A stretch of DNA of 64,000 nucleotides from Tubiluchus corallicola (Eukaryota > Animalia > Priapulida), in contig JAQGDQ010000594.1 of assembly GCA_030141605.1 (NCBI GenBank), positions 68,976 to 132,975 on the forward strand, given 5' to 3'. This document shows positions 1-41,485 of the stretch, one piece after another (within the stretch, counting starts at the first letter, position 1; each line of letters starts with the position of its first letter). The translations under genes and the position numbers were made by a program. The notes under the pieces were generated by a model. That model saw nothing but the letters and a program-made list of their open reading frames with translations, was not told the origin of the DNA and ran no database searches.

Positions 1-420
1 GGTAAGTTTTAATTTACATGAAATTTCAAACGGAAGTTATGATGCAAGAAGTTAGCATTAAAATAAGTTACTTCTTTATCATTATGGTGTGAGCTTCTTT
101 AGTTTAATATTGGCAACTGATGCAATTGAAATTTATACCCTTTGTTTCCTCCATGGCACAATTATAAGATGGCTGCTCCTTTTTATCTAAACAAACATGG
201 AGTCCGTCTTGTATCTTTTAACGGCTAGCATTGTATACCAGAAAGTGAATTCCGATCGAATCTAATTTACGACTTTTAAACTTGAGTGAAGAGGGAAAAT
301 TCGAGATTTCGAGTTCGAGTTTACTTTTAAGAATTTTCAAATAAATTTTGAAATCTCTAGTAAAAAGTGGTCTCACGAAGATTATGCATATTGCTAGGTT
401 TTATTCTGCAGTAAAAACAC

Positions 421-792
421 TAATAAGTTCCTGTGATTGATAATGATCGCGAATAGTTCAAAGGTGAAGTGTACCAGACAATGCATATGTGTACAATTGA
501 CAGCGCCTCGCAGCCCATGCTATTGTAATACTAACAGTTGTAACAGCTAGCTAGAACTTTACCTAGTTGTTCATTTTTTCTTGTTCCCAACTAAGATTCT
601 GCTAGTAAATCACTCTAAGCACAAATTAATGCATAATTAAGCAAAGTCCATGTAAAGCAACTGAAGTTACTGAACTGATGCGGGACACGGCTTTGTTTTA
701 CAGTTGTAGTTAAGATGCATTGCTGTGGTACACTTAACCTTTGACCTACAGCAACTGCGCGTGCACACAATGAAACTGCGAAAAGGCTTATT
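421..792 (+). mobile_element. MITE family A copy (about 370 bp), ISL2EU/PIF-like
   Basis: Homologous to copies at 13249, 20943, 27020, 41116 and 53536; right end GAAAAGGCTTATT; left TIR eroded. Confidence 0.75.
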
Positions 793-821
793 CTCACCTT
801 TTTCTTTCAATGTTTGTCTAG

Positions 822-922
822 ATTACCACCGACCTCAATCATAAGTGCACTAGGAAGTTTCAAGGCACATCTGGAGCTGCACCACTGGCTGCTGGAATAG
901 TGGCACTTCTGTTAGAATTCAA
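822..922 (+). CDS. Convertase exon carrying the catalytic serine (GTS, Ser codon 870-872)
   Basis: Acceptor tttgtctag|, donor |gtaagc; encodes [33 protein letters not shown]. Confidence 0.92.
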
Positions 923-3482
923 GTAAGCTTTTTCACCTTTATTTTAAAGTAATCATGCAGATTATACACACTTAGAATGTCTATCGCACTATGCGAGATG
1001 AAATCAAAACTGGATAATCATCCCTTTAAACAGAACAAAATCAATACATATTGCTGTTTACCGAAAATTCGGCAGTCTTTGCGTTCCTGTATGTACGTAG
1101 GAAAAATTGTGGTCAAATTGGTGTTGCTGACGCGTTCTTAATCAGATGACATCATCAGATTTGCATCACAGGCTGCGCTACAATTCGTGTTACAAAAAGT
1201 CCGAACTTTTTCTCAAAACTTTTATAGACTGGAAAGCAGGATACAGGTGCAGAGCCAGAGGGACACCATTTGTATTTAAACCCTAACAGTTTAACTCCTT
1301 CAGGACCATAAGAGTTACATTTTGCATGGGTTCATGAAAACCTGCTCTCACTAAGTAGCGATTACGTTATATTTGATAGTTTTTGTGGATTTCTGCTCCT
1401 CACAATGAATTTTCATGCAAAATTATATATGAAATGCATTTTCTTACCTTAGACAAATTAAAAATCTATTATTAACGAAAAATTGAAAAAACTTTCTGTA
1501 ACTGTAGTGTTTCGAATGTAACAATATACAGTATCACTTGCATGAAATCGACTAATGCAGAAAATTTCAACTATCCAGACACAACAGTCTGACACACTGT
1601 GTTCTCAAGTCTACTATATTTTTAAGAAATTGCTGGTAAAAGCTGAAATCACCTTAATTTCTCCTTGAATGAGTCCGTTGCTTTTTCCTGGAACTCTGTA
1701 CAGAAGGCAATTCTCTTGGTTGCAGCAAGCAGGTGATCAATAAATTAGTGTGTACGATCACACAAGTGTACACCAGACTAAGCTACTCTAGACTAAGTTG
1801 GTGTCCCTTAAAAGTGTGTATTTTTCTCAATTTTATCTAATTAAATCACTTATAAATGTTTAAACAAATAGCATGATTGGATAGCGGAGATTTTCCTGAG
1901 GAGAGCAATGCCTAATTTGTGATCATTTAGTTACGTCTTTGCTCATACAGTAGCAGAAAATCATATAAGACCCTTTTTGAAATGTGCAGTCCTGAAGGAG
2001 TTAAAGTGCATTTCTTCACCTGTCATTGTTTTCTATTTTTGACACTTGCATTTGAGCATCGCAGCCAGGCAAGATACTGCACCATCACACTATCTCCAGG
2101 ATTGACTGGACTGTCAAGTATTCATGACATAACAAACTAACAGAACAGCAAAAATATTCAGTGTGTTGTACTAAAACTAGACAAGTTTTAAGATAAAAAT
2201 TCAAATTTCAAATTTTCCGCTGTGGTCAGCATGAGCTGTCAAACGTGTGCAGTTCGTTACAAACTAACACATCTGAACTGAGAGGTACAGCACCTGCTTT
2301 TGTGCAGTGCGTTTCCGAATTGCAGGCTCTAGTGCTTGTCTAACTAGCGATTGGTAACATGCATGTAACAGCAAAGAACTAGTGGCGTGAATGTGAAATT
2401 GTGCTTGTGTGGTAATAATTCTTTCACGTAAATCATTTTTGAAGAATAGTATGTTTCCTTTCAGTATTTTGAAAAGTAGATTATTTTGACTTACGTTTAA
2501 GATTGAGTCCAGTTTTGCTTTAAGTGAAAGGATACGATGGCTGCACAGTGCCGTTTGATGCCGAGGAACTGCAGGCAAAAATTATTGAGCACTGGTGCCA
2601 CATCCCTTAAAGAAATGAAAAACAGTCTTAGTGGTTGGATGAAGTGCCTTCCTTTAGTTTGCAGTGAAAATGGTGGACACAATGAGCACTTGCTGTAGTG
2701 ACTCAGTTTTTAACTTGTTGAGTTAAAACTTCTGTATCCTTGGACAAATCCAAAGAAGTGACATAACATGTTTTGGTGTTTGTACATAAATATCCATATC
2801 ATCAGTGCAATAATTTTCAAGAGATTTCAATATATTATTCTTATAATATCGTGATCAAAATTTTGGCACATTTTTTATGCCTCCTGGTATAATTAGATGA
2901 ACTTTTTCTATCGCAGTCCGAATTTATCATGGAGGGATGTCCAGCATCTGATCATCATTAGCTCGAGGATTCCCTCTCCGCACGAATCAGGCTGGTGGGT
3001 GAACGGTGCGGGTCACCACGTGCACTTGCAGATGGGCTTCGGTGTCATAGACGCCGCTAGATTGTTGGAGAGAGCAAAGTTTTGGAAACCCGTTCCAGAA
3101 CAGCTCGAGTGTAGTTTCACTGATGATTTGAAAGGGGATAGGTGAGTTGAAAGGGGATAGGGGATAGAAAGAGCAAAGTTTCATTGGTTTCAGTATGTGG
3201 TACTTTAATAGAGAACTGAGTAAACATTGCCAACAATTGAAGCCGATTACAGTACATCTAATTAAGCCCTGACTTATTTACAGACTACCATCGTCATGTT
3301 CATTATCATCATCTTCGTCATCATCATCAGCATCATCATATTCACTCTCATCATCACCATCATTATGTTCATCATCATCACCATCATCGTGATCATCATC
3401 ATCGTCATCATCATCACCATGTTCGTCATCATCGTCATCATCATCATAAGCAGCATCAGCATCATTATATTCATCATCGTCG

Positions 3483-3516
<34 letters not shown>

Positions 3517-5624
3517 GTTCATCGTCATCAACATCATCACCTTGATAATCATTTCTACTATAATTATCATAATCATCTCTCATGACCCTCAGCATCTTCG
3601 TTGTCATCATTTTCATGATCATCGTCGTCGTGATCTTGATAATCATTTCTACTACCATTATTGTAATCATCTCCTTCACGATCATCAGCATCTTCGTCAC
3701 TATCATTTTCTTTGTCTCATCATCACCATCATAATAATCTTTACCAACACCAGCAGCATCATTGTCGTTGTCGGTCGTTTTTATCTTCGTTAACTTGTGG
3801 CCATCATTGTTACCATCCTTATCATTGTCATCATCGTCTCCATTATCATTTAAATGGAATTGACCACCCAGTTTTTTACTGTACTATAATCTCAAACTGA
3901 AATCTCAAACTTAACTGAAATAATCTCAAAAATGATAAATGCGGCTTCACTCTGTTTTCAGGTATGAATTTTTTTCTACGTGATATGCTTTTATTCTTAC
4001 TTCGAGGTTCTTATGTTGGTGTTTGTTTACCAAAAGCACAGGCTAAATTGCTTTTGTCGTGTTTGTCAAATGTGCAAGCTTGTCCCTTTTGCGGTGTCAC
4101 TTTTTTTGATTAGTCAGACGTAACGTGAGCCGTGTGTTGACGAGAACTCTTGTTCCTTTTGCAACTTCTTGTAAATATCGTCAAGACATTGGAGACAGCG
4201 TATACACATAATAACAATTTAGCTGCTGTCGCTTTTTGTACATTTGAGATAAGTATTAACGCGTGAGCTAACAATATGTAATCTGACCAGAGGGATAGGG
4301 TCTCGGTAATAAAACCGAAATGAATCGCAGTTTTGCGGTTTCCTGTTGCGAGAATGAATGTACGCAAACGTTTTTCTTTCGGATGCGCTGCTATTATGTA
4401 AAATGTAGATTTAATGTAAAATTATTCACAGAATAGTGAAAAGACACAGTTTGTCTGTTTTCTTCAAATACAAATTGTCCCAAATGGCCAGTGGTCAGTT
4501 GTCCACTTAGCGCAATTGTGCAAATAAAAACAAAACTCCTGCAGCCAATCTGATAGGGATAGTTTCTAAATGGTAATGTTCATATTGAAGTGGCTGTGAC
4601 TGTAGTCAACAGCAAAACAATTTTCTGACAAAGAATTCCACAGGGAAGAGGCTTGAGGGAAAAATTTCTGCATCAAATCTCCCTTTAATAAAATGTACCC
4701 ATTAGCACTCTTAAATCGTTTGAGGTTGTAGTTTAACAGGAACCAATTATCTGGTAAGGAATTCCACAGATGTGCAGGTATAGAAAAAATTGATGACAAT
4801 TTATATTGAGTTTTGCATTTCTATGCTGTTTTTGTAATTATGATTCTTAATGTTTCAGAACTTTGACTGGAAAAGGATCCAGCAAATTTACCGTCAGCAT
4901 TAATAGTTGTGACATCAAGCAACTCGAGCACGTCGTCGTTGTAGTCAGCATCAACAGCACGCGTCGCGGCAGCTTACAGATCAGTCTCACTTCTCCGTCT
5001 GGCATGTTGTCACTGTTGTTGACACGACGACGGCACGATACGAACACGGGAGGGTTCGCATCTTGGACGATGAGTTCTGTCCACTTCTGGGGAGAAGATC
5101 CTCACGGAGAGTGGACGCTGACTGTATCCGTCGATGGCGAGGCACTGGACGATGACTGGACTGAAGTTAGCAGATTTACATTGAAATTATTTGGAATAAG
5201 TTCCGTAATTAAACAGTCGCCCGTGGATGCGCACGGGGCGGCCACAAATGCATCGAAGGGGTCAGCTCGATTACTGTCACCCCGGGAAGTAGAGATGATA
5301 TTTGATCACGAATTTGGAAATAAAACCATTAAAAAATCATCGCAAGATCATTGCGAAAATGATGACTGCAAAAAAATTCCAGAGAACAGCAATGAAAATG
5401 TTCTTGACGAAATCTTCGATGCCTCCAACAACGAGGCAAAAGAGGAGCCGGACGGCAAGCGAGTGAGTGAGAAAAATGTAAGAGGAAGTGCCTGCTCACT
5501 CGCAGTTTCGGAAGAAGCTCCGGCATCATCGGAGGTGGCCTATAGAAAGTGCAAGGAAGGGGTGCTGATGTTGTCTAAGCAGCTCTGTCCAAACGGAAGC
5601 TGCGGTGTCTCTAACGAGTTGTGA
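822..5624 (+). CDS. Kexin/furin-family proprotein convertase (peptidase S8B + P domain), 3' part; join(822..922,2917..3141,4859..5624); upstream exons lie left of the window (donor GTAAGT at 2-7)
   Basis: Spliced translation [45 protein letters not shown]...[18 protein letters not shown].../[27 protein letters not shown]...[14 protein letters not shown]: catalytic Ser motif GTS, LxWRDVQHL and P-domain motifs. Both introns are GT-AG, phase 2, frame maintained. Confidence 0.93.
1295..2000. mobile_element. Non-autonomous piggyBac-like element
   Basis: Perfect 12-bp TIR CTCCTTCAGGAC/GTCCTGAAGGAG with TTAA on both sides (1291-1294, 2001-2004). Confidence 0.8.
2121..2610 (+). mobile_element. Dispersed repeat family B (non-coding, probable non-autonomous DNA transposon)
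   Basis: Core ATTCAGTGTGTTGTACTAAAACTAG...AAAGAACTAGTGGCG shared with about 24880-25330(-), 34150-34480(+) and 57560-58060(+). Confidence 0.7.
2917..3141 (+). CDS. Convertase exon, end of the catalytic domain
   Basis: Acceptor tatcgcag|, donor |gtgagt; encodes [13 protein letters not shown]...[26 protein letters not shown]. Confidence 0.93.
3288..3850. repeat. Degenerate (CAT)n microsatellite
   Basis: Directly visible; source of the poly-I/M/D/H ORFs. Confidence 0.95.
4550..4800 (-). mobile_element. Decayed non-LTR retrotransposon 3' fragment (CR1/L2-group RT C-terminus, locally duplicated)
   Basis: Two copies of an LWNSL motif ([21 protein letters not shown]; [17 protein letters not shown]) typical of CR1/L2-group ORF2 ends. 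Confidence 0.6.
4859..5624 (+). CDS. Convertase terminal exon: P domain plus hydrophilic Cys-containing tail ending SNEL-stop
   Basis: Acceptor tgtttcag|; in frame with ORF 4863..5624; LEHV, RRGSL, LTSPSG and [11 protein letters not shown] motifs. Confidence 0.92.
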
Positions 5625-5934
5625 ACAATCTTTTTATTTATATTTAAGTGCATGTATTTCTATTTAATTTCTACATAACTTAGTGTAATATTTGTTTTAT
5701 CATGGATAACGAGTCTAATTTTACTGGAATCTATTCATGCAACATGCGCGATCTATATTTCAGTCAGATTAGATATTATCTACAAGTATTCTACAAAAAA
5801 GTTATGTAATATTTACATAGTTTATATTTAATATGTTTATTTAGTCTTATAAGTCTTTAGTCTTAGTTAATAAGGAAATTTGTGCCCTGCCATTAGCCTT
5901 CTATCCTGGAAATAATGATTATTATAATTATTAA

Positions 5935-6482
5935 CGGAAAACTGGGCGATTCGTTAGACAATTTCATTTTAATTTATTGTTCGATATTTACATTTTTTGC
6001 TTAAAAAAGTTAGCAGTTGTTTCTGATATTTGAATAAGTACCTTGGAAAGTTAATTAACAGCAAACGAACACAGCTATTGCTTACATCGCAAACTAGCCA
6101 TGGACAGTTTGTGCAATGGTAGGCATCTTCTCTGCATGTCAAGCACGTTTGCGGAAGCGAAGATTGCTATAAGACACTGATGTGATGTCACAAAAATAAG
6201 CTCTATGTCACACTCACGTCATAGACGAACACTACAGTTCATGGTCACGCTTATCACGGTACCGCACCTATTTGTTAACCACGCGAACGTGAGAAAAGGC
6301 ACCATTGCCAGTCTTAGTGGATTTGTTGAGTCGCACGTAACTTTGAAAGTTTAATGAAATTTAACTATCCATGGTAATTATTAGTTAATGGAAGCTTTCA
6401 TTTTGAAAAGCTGTTCTAGTTTTCAATATTTTTGTGCATGCTTTGTTTTGAACTAATGTCTACACGATAGCCTGGTTTTCCT
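5935..6482 (+). mobile_element. MITE family C (Kolobok-like), downstream of the convertase stop
   Basis: TTAA on both sides, imperfect TIR CGGAAAACTGGGCG/CCTGGTTTTCCT; body homologous to 59578-60101. Confidence 0.72.
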
Positions 6483-7509
6483 TTAAGGCCTACAGGTGGG
6501 TCAGCCAGTTCTGCGTTACTGGCAGTATAAGCCCTCCAGTCCATTACTCATGAATAGTCAGTATCATCCATTTTCAGCAGCTTATAGAAAAACAACATGC
6601 TTCTTTATAAAAATTAGTGCTTAATTACCTGTAATTAAGGTACTAATTACTAAAACACAAATTAAAATTCGTAATTTGGCTTTAACATTCAGGCCAGTGC
6701 ATTGATCTCTCGCTAATCCCGTCGGACGTGCCGCAAAGTCGATATGTCCGCTGATCAGCCGCGTGTTTGGAAAGCGAAGATTAGGATTGCAGAAATCCTG
6801 CCATAATCTTATCTTGCCGCATTAAATCCAGATGCGGATCGGTTCCCTTTAAGCCCCTACGGAAGGCGCCAGTTCTCGGCAGATTACTGCAAAACTCATT
6901 CAGTCGTATTTCATTGTAAAATTCCTGTATAAATTTGCCGTTTGATTGCAGAAGGCTTAATCTTCAAATGAAGTTTTTATGTGCATCGGCGGGTGCATTT
7001 TCCACGTCTTGAAGCAACATATTGTCTGTAAAGAGATTTCTGCATTAGTTGGCTGTTTAGTTCAAATCAATTCTCGCGATTCCATAAGTATTTCAGCGGG
7101 GTGAAACCTATTTGATGCATCAATCAAATTTCAGCCCTTTTCTCTGGGCCTGATGCATGATAGTTAAGTCATTTTAGTTTTTTTGCCTATTGTATGTTCA
7201 TTTAGGAATCATTGCTGCCTTTGTTCTTGTTATGAGAGTAATTTATTTTTGTTGTATGTAAGAGATATGTTATTGCATTATGTGTCGATAAATTATTTTT
7301 TGTGACATTTTTAAGCCAAAGATAAGGTTGTGATTTTAAATTATTTTTGTTTTCAAAAAAGATTTAATTTTTTTATTTTAGAATTTTCTAATGATTTATC
7401 AGTTTATGATTAGAATGCACATGAATTTTATAGACTTTTTATTGAATAAAAATTGTTAATGTATTGATATAATAATAAAAGATGTGGTAAGAATCCAAAG
7501 TCAGCAATA

Positions 7510-8120
7510 CACATTGTTTTTGTCATTGCTTCACTTTATTTTATTGTCTTTGTCATTGTTTCACATTGTTTTCATTGTCATTGTCATTGTTTCACTTTAT
7601 TTTCATTGTTTTTGTCATGGTTTCACTTCGTTTTCATTGCCATTGTCATTCTTTTACGTCGTTTGCATTGGCTTTGTCCTTGTCCTTGTTGTTGTTTCAC
7701 ATTACTTTCATTGTCTTTGTCATTGTCTCACTTTGATCATTGTCTATGTCATTCTTTCACTTTGTTCTTATTGTCTGTGTCATTGTTTCACATTGTTTAA
7801 ATTGTCTGTCATTGTTTCACTTTGATCATTGTCTATGTCATTCTTTCACTTTGTTCTTATTGTCTGTGTCATTGTTTCACATTGTTTAAATTGTCTTTGT
7901 CATTGTTTCACTTTGATCATTGTCTATGTCATTCTTTCACTTTGTTCTTATTGTGTGTGTCGTTGTTTCACACTGTTTAAATTGTCTTTGTCATTGTTTC
8001 ACTTTGATCATTGTCTATGTCATTCTTTCACTTTGTTCTTATTGTGTGTGTCGTTGTTTCACATTGTTTAAATTGTCTTTGTCATTGTTTCACTTTGATC
8101 ATTGGCTTTGTCTTTGTTTC
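7510..8120. repeat. T-rich minisatellite with about 90-bp higher-order unit
   Basis: CACTTTGATCATTGTCTATGTCATTCTTTCACTTTGTTCTTATTG recurs about 4 times; built from GTCATTGTTTCAC subunits. Confidence 0.85.
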
Positions 8121-9004
8121 TGTTTTTGCGTATGTTGCAGTTCGTTTAACGTTTTGCTATTCCAATCATTGAAAGATGTTATTAGGAATCCCATTATGCG
8201 AGAGTTATTGAGTTATTATCATTCAAATTTACTTTGTGAACAAACTTTCCGGCAAAATTGCAAAAGCAAATTTAGTTGTGAGTAGGAATACTAATGCCTT
8301 GTTCACATTTTAACTGTTACCGAATATTTCTCCTTTGAAATTGTTTGCAAAACAAGAATTCGTCAGAAGACAATTGAAATCTGTAATTGCAGAACGAGCT
8401 TTATTTTAGAATAATAGCAACAATTGCAACGACGAGAGGGGTAATCAAGCAGTAATGGTGCATGATCTGTGACCGAATGTCGAGGTTGCTCGGTGAATGA
8501 ATAGGTGACCACTGGGTCCAATGCCCATTTTGGGCAGTTTGGTTCGCCGTGCTGATCCTGGCTGTTTACTCGTCGATTCAGATTGCATTAACAGACGAGC
8601 CTGTCGGTTCAGTGGCTCATCATAAGAAGATTAATCTTGATTAATGAGACAGAAAAGCTTTCTAATGCATTTAACGACAATGACGTAAATAATTCTCTCA
8701 GTCCTCTGTGATATGACTGCAATCAGCTTACATTAATGTTAGCTAAGGCTTGGTAAATAGCTTCTACGCTCCTAATGTATAAGTTAACACTTATATGCCT
8801 TCTGTAATAAGGTGTGGCCTAACATGGCTTCACATATTCACGACATATCATTTCAGCAGCACTAGATATTTATGGCTTCATTCTGGTATGGGGGTAAGTT
8901 TGCATATAATCGATAACAACTGATAATGCAAGACAAATATATCGATTAGGGTGAGAGTCTATTTCACACGCTGCATGAGGCCAATTTTGCAGGAGCTAAA
9001 GCTC

Positions 9005-9330
9005 TTAAAGTCAAACCAAATTCTCACTGTAAAATAAGCTTTTACAACTTCAATTTCTACTCTCATTACGAATGTTCAATTTATTTTATTATAAATTTAC
9101 TGCAAAACGTGTTTCGTTTGATTTTTTTATCATTTCGTTGTTAGCAGTATTAAATTTGAAGAACCGCCATTTTTCGTTGTGCGAGACGAATGACGTAATG
9201 AGTGCAGTCACGAGGTCACCAAAGACGCTTTCTGTACCTCGTACGTCATTCTCGTTCAATCGCGCCAAACACGTGAAACATGGCAATTTTACGGCAAGGC
9301 AGACTTTCGAAATGTAAGGTCATTTAATTC
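9005..9330 (+). mobile_element. Dispersed repeat family E copy
   Basis: TGACGTAAT...GTCACGAGGTCACCAAAGA...GCTTTCTGTACCTCGTA shared with about 37545-37880. Confidence 0.55.
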
Positions 9331-10302
9331 AACTGTGTTAACTCAAAGCACGAACAAACGCCCTCATAAAACATACACATAGTTGTTTATTATTAGGGCT
9401 GGGTGATTTTTGAGGCTGGCCTAAGAATAAAGGGCCGAAATGTAAAATTTTAAGCTTGCTATCTGTTTTACGAAAGCATATGTTCAATTGTTCATGCTTT
9501 AGGTTATCACCATCAATCTCATTGGGCACCATACTCTTGGAAAGTGTGAGCGAGCGAACTGCAGCTGCTGCTACTACTAAATGATAGTTACTACGATTCA
9601 GTAACGTTTCAGAAAAAATCGTTTAACATTGCAGTCAAGTAAAAATGCAATAATTTTATTGTATTTGTAATTTACAACCGTTTTTGCCGTTTAAAGTGCA
9701 CCAGCTACGATTACAGTGGCCCTGTAATAATCAAGGGAGTCTTGCACTTGCAAAATATTTAAGAAGCTTACGACTAAAAAGCACACCATAATGAGACATC
9801 GCAAACCTTCTCTCATATTAAGGTTACTATTTTCTGTAATGGCACACTACTTTCATTACAAATACAATCGATAATTCTCGTTTTCAACTAAGTACAAGGG
9901 CTAACAACACACAACATAAACACAGATCTTTATACAAGACATATGTGCTGCCAACAACATCATCAATGTATTTTACATTATGCATGTACTGGCATCAACA
10001 TAATTATTTCCAATTGTGGGCAGAAATTGTTAAACATTCGCCAGTTCTTCTAGTTAGCGTAAACAATTGGGTTTGTAGGCTTGCAATGGAGTGAAATAAA
10101 TTAAAGTGAATTGAACATTATCCCGTATGCTACGACTTTAGCCATGCTTTCCAACCAAAGTAGGCCCTCTGATGAGAAAACGGGTGATATGGGCGTATTT
10201 TTCTATCTGCAATCGTATTAGTTCCTCAACTTAAAAATATCTTAAAAAGTACCTTGTAATTATTTTAGCAACAGTTACTGCTAATAAAGCATCTTTAGAG
10301 AA

Positions 10303-10845
10303 AGAACCACAGATAAGTTCAACACAGAACCACAGATAAGTTCAACGTAGAACTACAGATAAGTTCAACGCAGAACTACAGATAAGTTCAACGCAGAACC
10401 ACAGATTAGTTCAACGCAGAACCACAGATAAGTTCAACGCAGAACCACAGATAAGTTCAACGCAGGACCACAGATAAGTTCAACACAGAACCACAGATAA
10501 GTTCAACGTAGAACTACAGATAAGTTCAACGCAGAACCACAGATAAGTTCAATGCAGAACCACAGATAAGTTAAACGCAGAACCACAGATAAGTTCAACG
10601 CAGAACTACAGATAAGTTCAATGCAGAACCACAGATAAGTTCAACGCAGAACTACAGATAAGTTCAACGCAGAACTACAGATAAGTTAAACGCAGAACTA
10701 CAGATAAGTTCAACGCAGAACTACAGATAAGTTCAATGCAGAACCACAGATAAGTTCAACGCAGAACTACAGATAAGTTCAACGCAGAACCACAGATAAG
10801 TTAAACGCAGAACTACAGATAAGTTCAACGTAGAACTACAGAACT
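10303..10845. repeat. 23-bp minisatellite, about 23 copies
   Basis: Unit AGAAC(C/T)ACAGATAAGTTCAACGC, head-to-tail, no spacers. Confidence 0.95.
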
Positions 10846-11031
10846 GCTCTATTCGCCAAAATTTTTAACAAATTTTGGGAACGACGTTCTACTGCACTTG
10901 ATGAAAATGTATGAATCTTCCATTGTGAAAGAATAAATAGAAAAATTAAACTATAACTTTAACTATGTTTACGTATTTTCTGGAAAACTACAGTCAATGT
11001 TGATATGCCATAGATAATTCATTGAGCAGTT

Positions 11032-41037
<30,006 letters not shown>

Positions 41038-41115
41038 TAGCAATGGCAAATCGAACCGTCTTCACTATGTTAAAAGGTTTGTGTCACCTAAGAATCACGA
41101 TTGAGGTGTATTAAC

Positions 41116-41485
41116 AATTCTAGCGATTGATGATTTTCGTGAAAAGGTCAATGGTTAAGTGCACCAGACAATGCGTTTGTGTACAGTTGATAATGCCTCG
41201 CAGCCCAAACTAAAGTAATAGTAGCAGTTTTAACAGCTAGTTAGAACTTTAATTGGTTCATTTTTTCTTGTGTTCGCAAAGAAGACACTGCTAGTAAATC
41301 GCTCTACTAATGCATAATTAAGTAAAGTCCACATAAAACCACGTTACTAAAATGATGCACCAGACGGCTTTGCTTTACACACATGTCACGTGATGGTTGT
41401 GGTTATGACGCGTTGCTGTGGTACATTTAACCTTTGACCTGCAGTAACTGCGCGTGCGCACAACAAAACTGTGGAAAGGCTTATT
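41116..41485 (+). mobile_element. MITE family A copy just upstream of the receptor start codon
   Basis: Homologous to 421-792; ends AACTGTGGAAAGGCTTATT. Confidence 0.78.

Noticed and set aside
3274-3900. Poly-Ile/Met/Asp/His ORFs here and similar ORFs at 15868, 21526, 23793, 27991, 29322, 42778, 49214, 50039, 52723 and 55301
   Set aside because: Translations of microsatellites that lack stops in some frames; no splice or domain support.
5622-5678. Stop read-through adding a hydrophobic tail (TIFLFIFKCMYFYLIST) to the convertase
   Set aside because: TGA-A is not the leaky TGA-C context, and T-rich UTR sequence translates as hydrophobic by default.
10303-10845. CRISPR-like appearance of the 21-30-bp arrays (also 16854, 18860, 38183, 63004)
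   Set aside because: Units are head-to-tail with no unique spacers, there are no cas genes, and the context is spliced eukaryotic genes.
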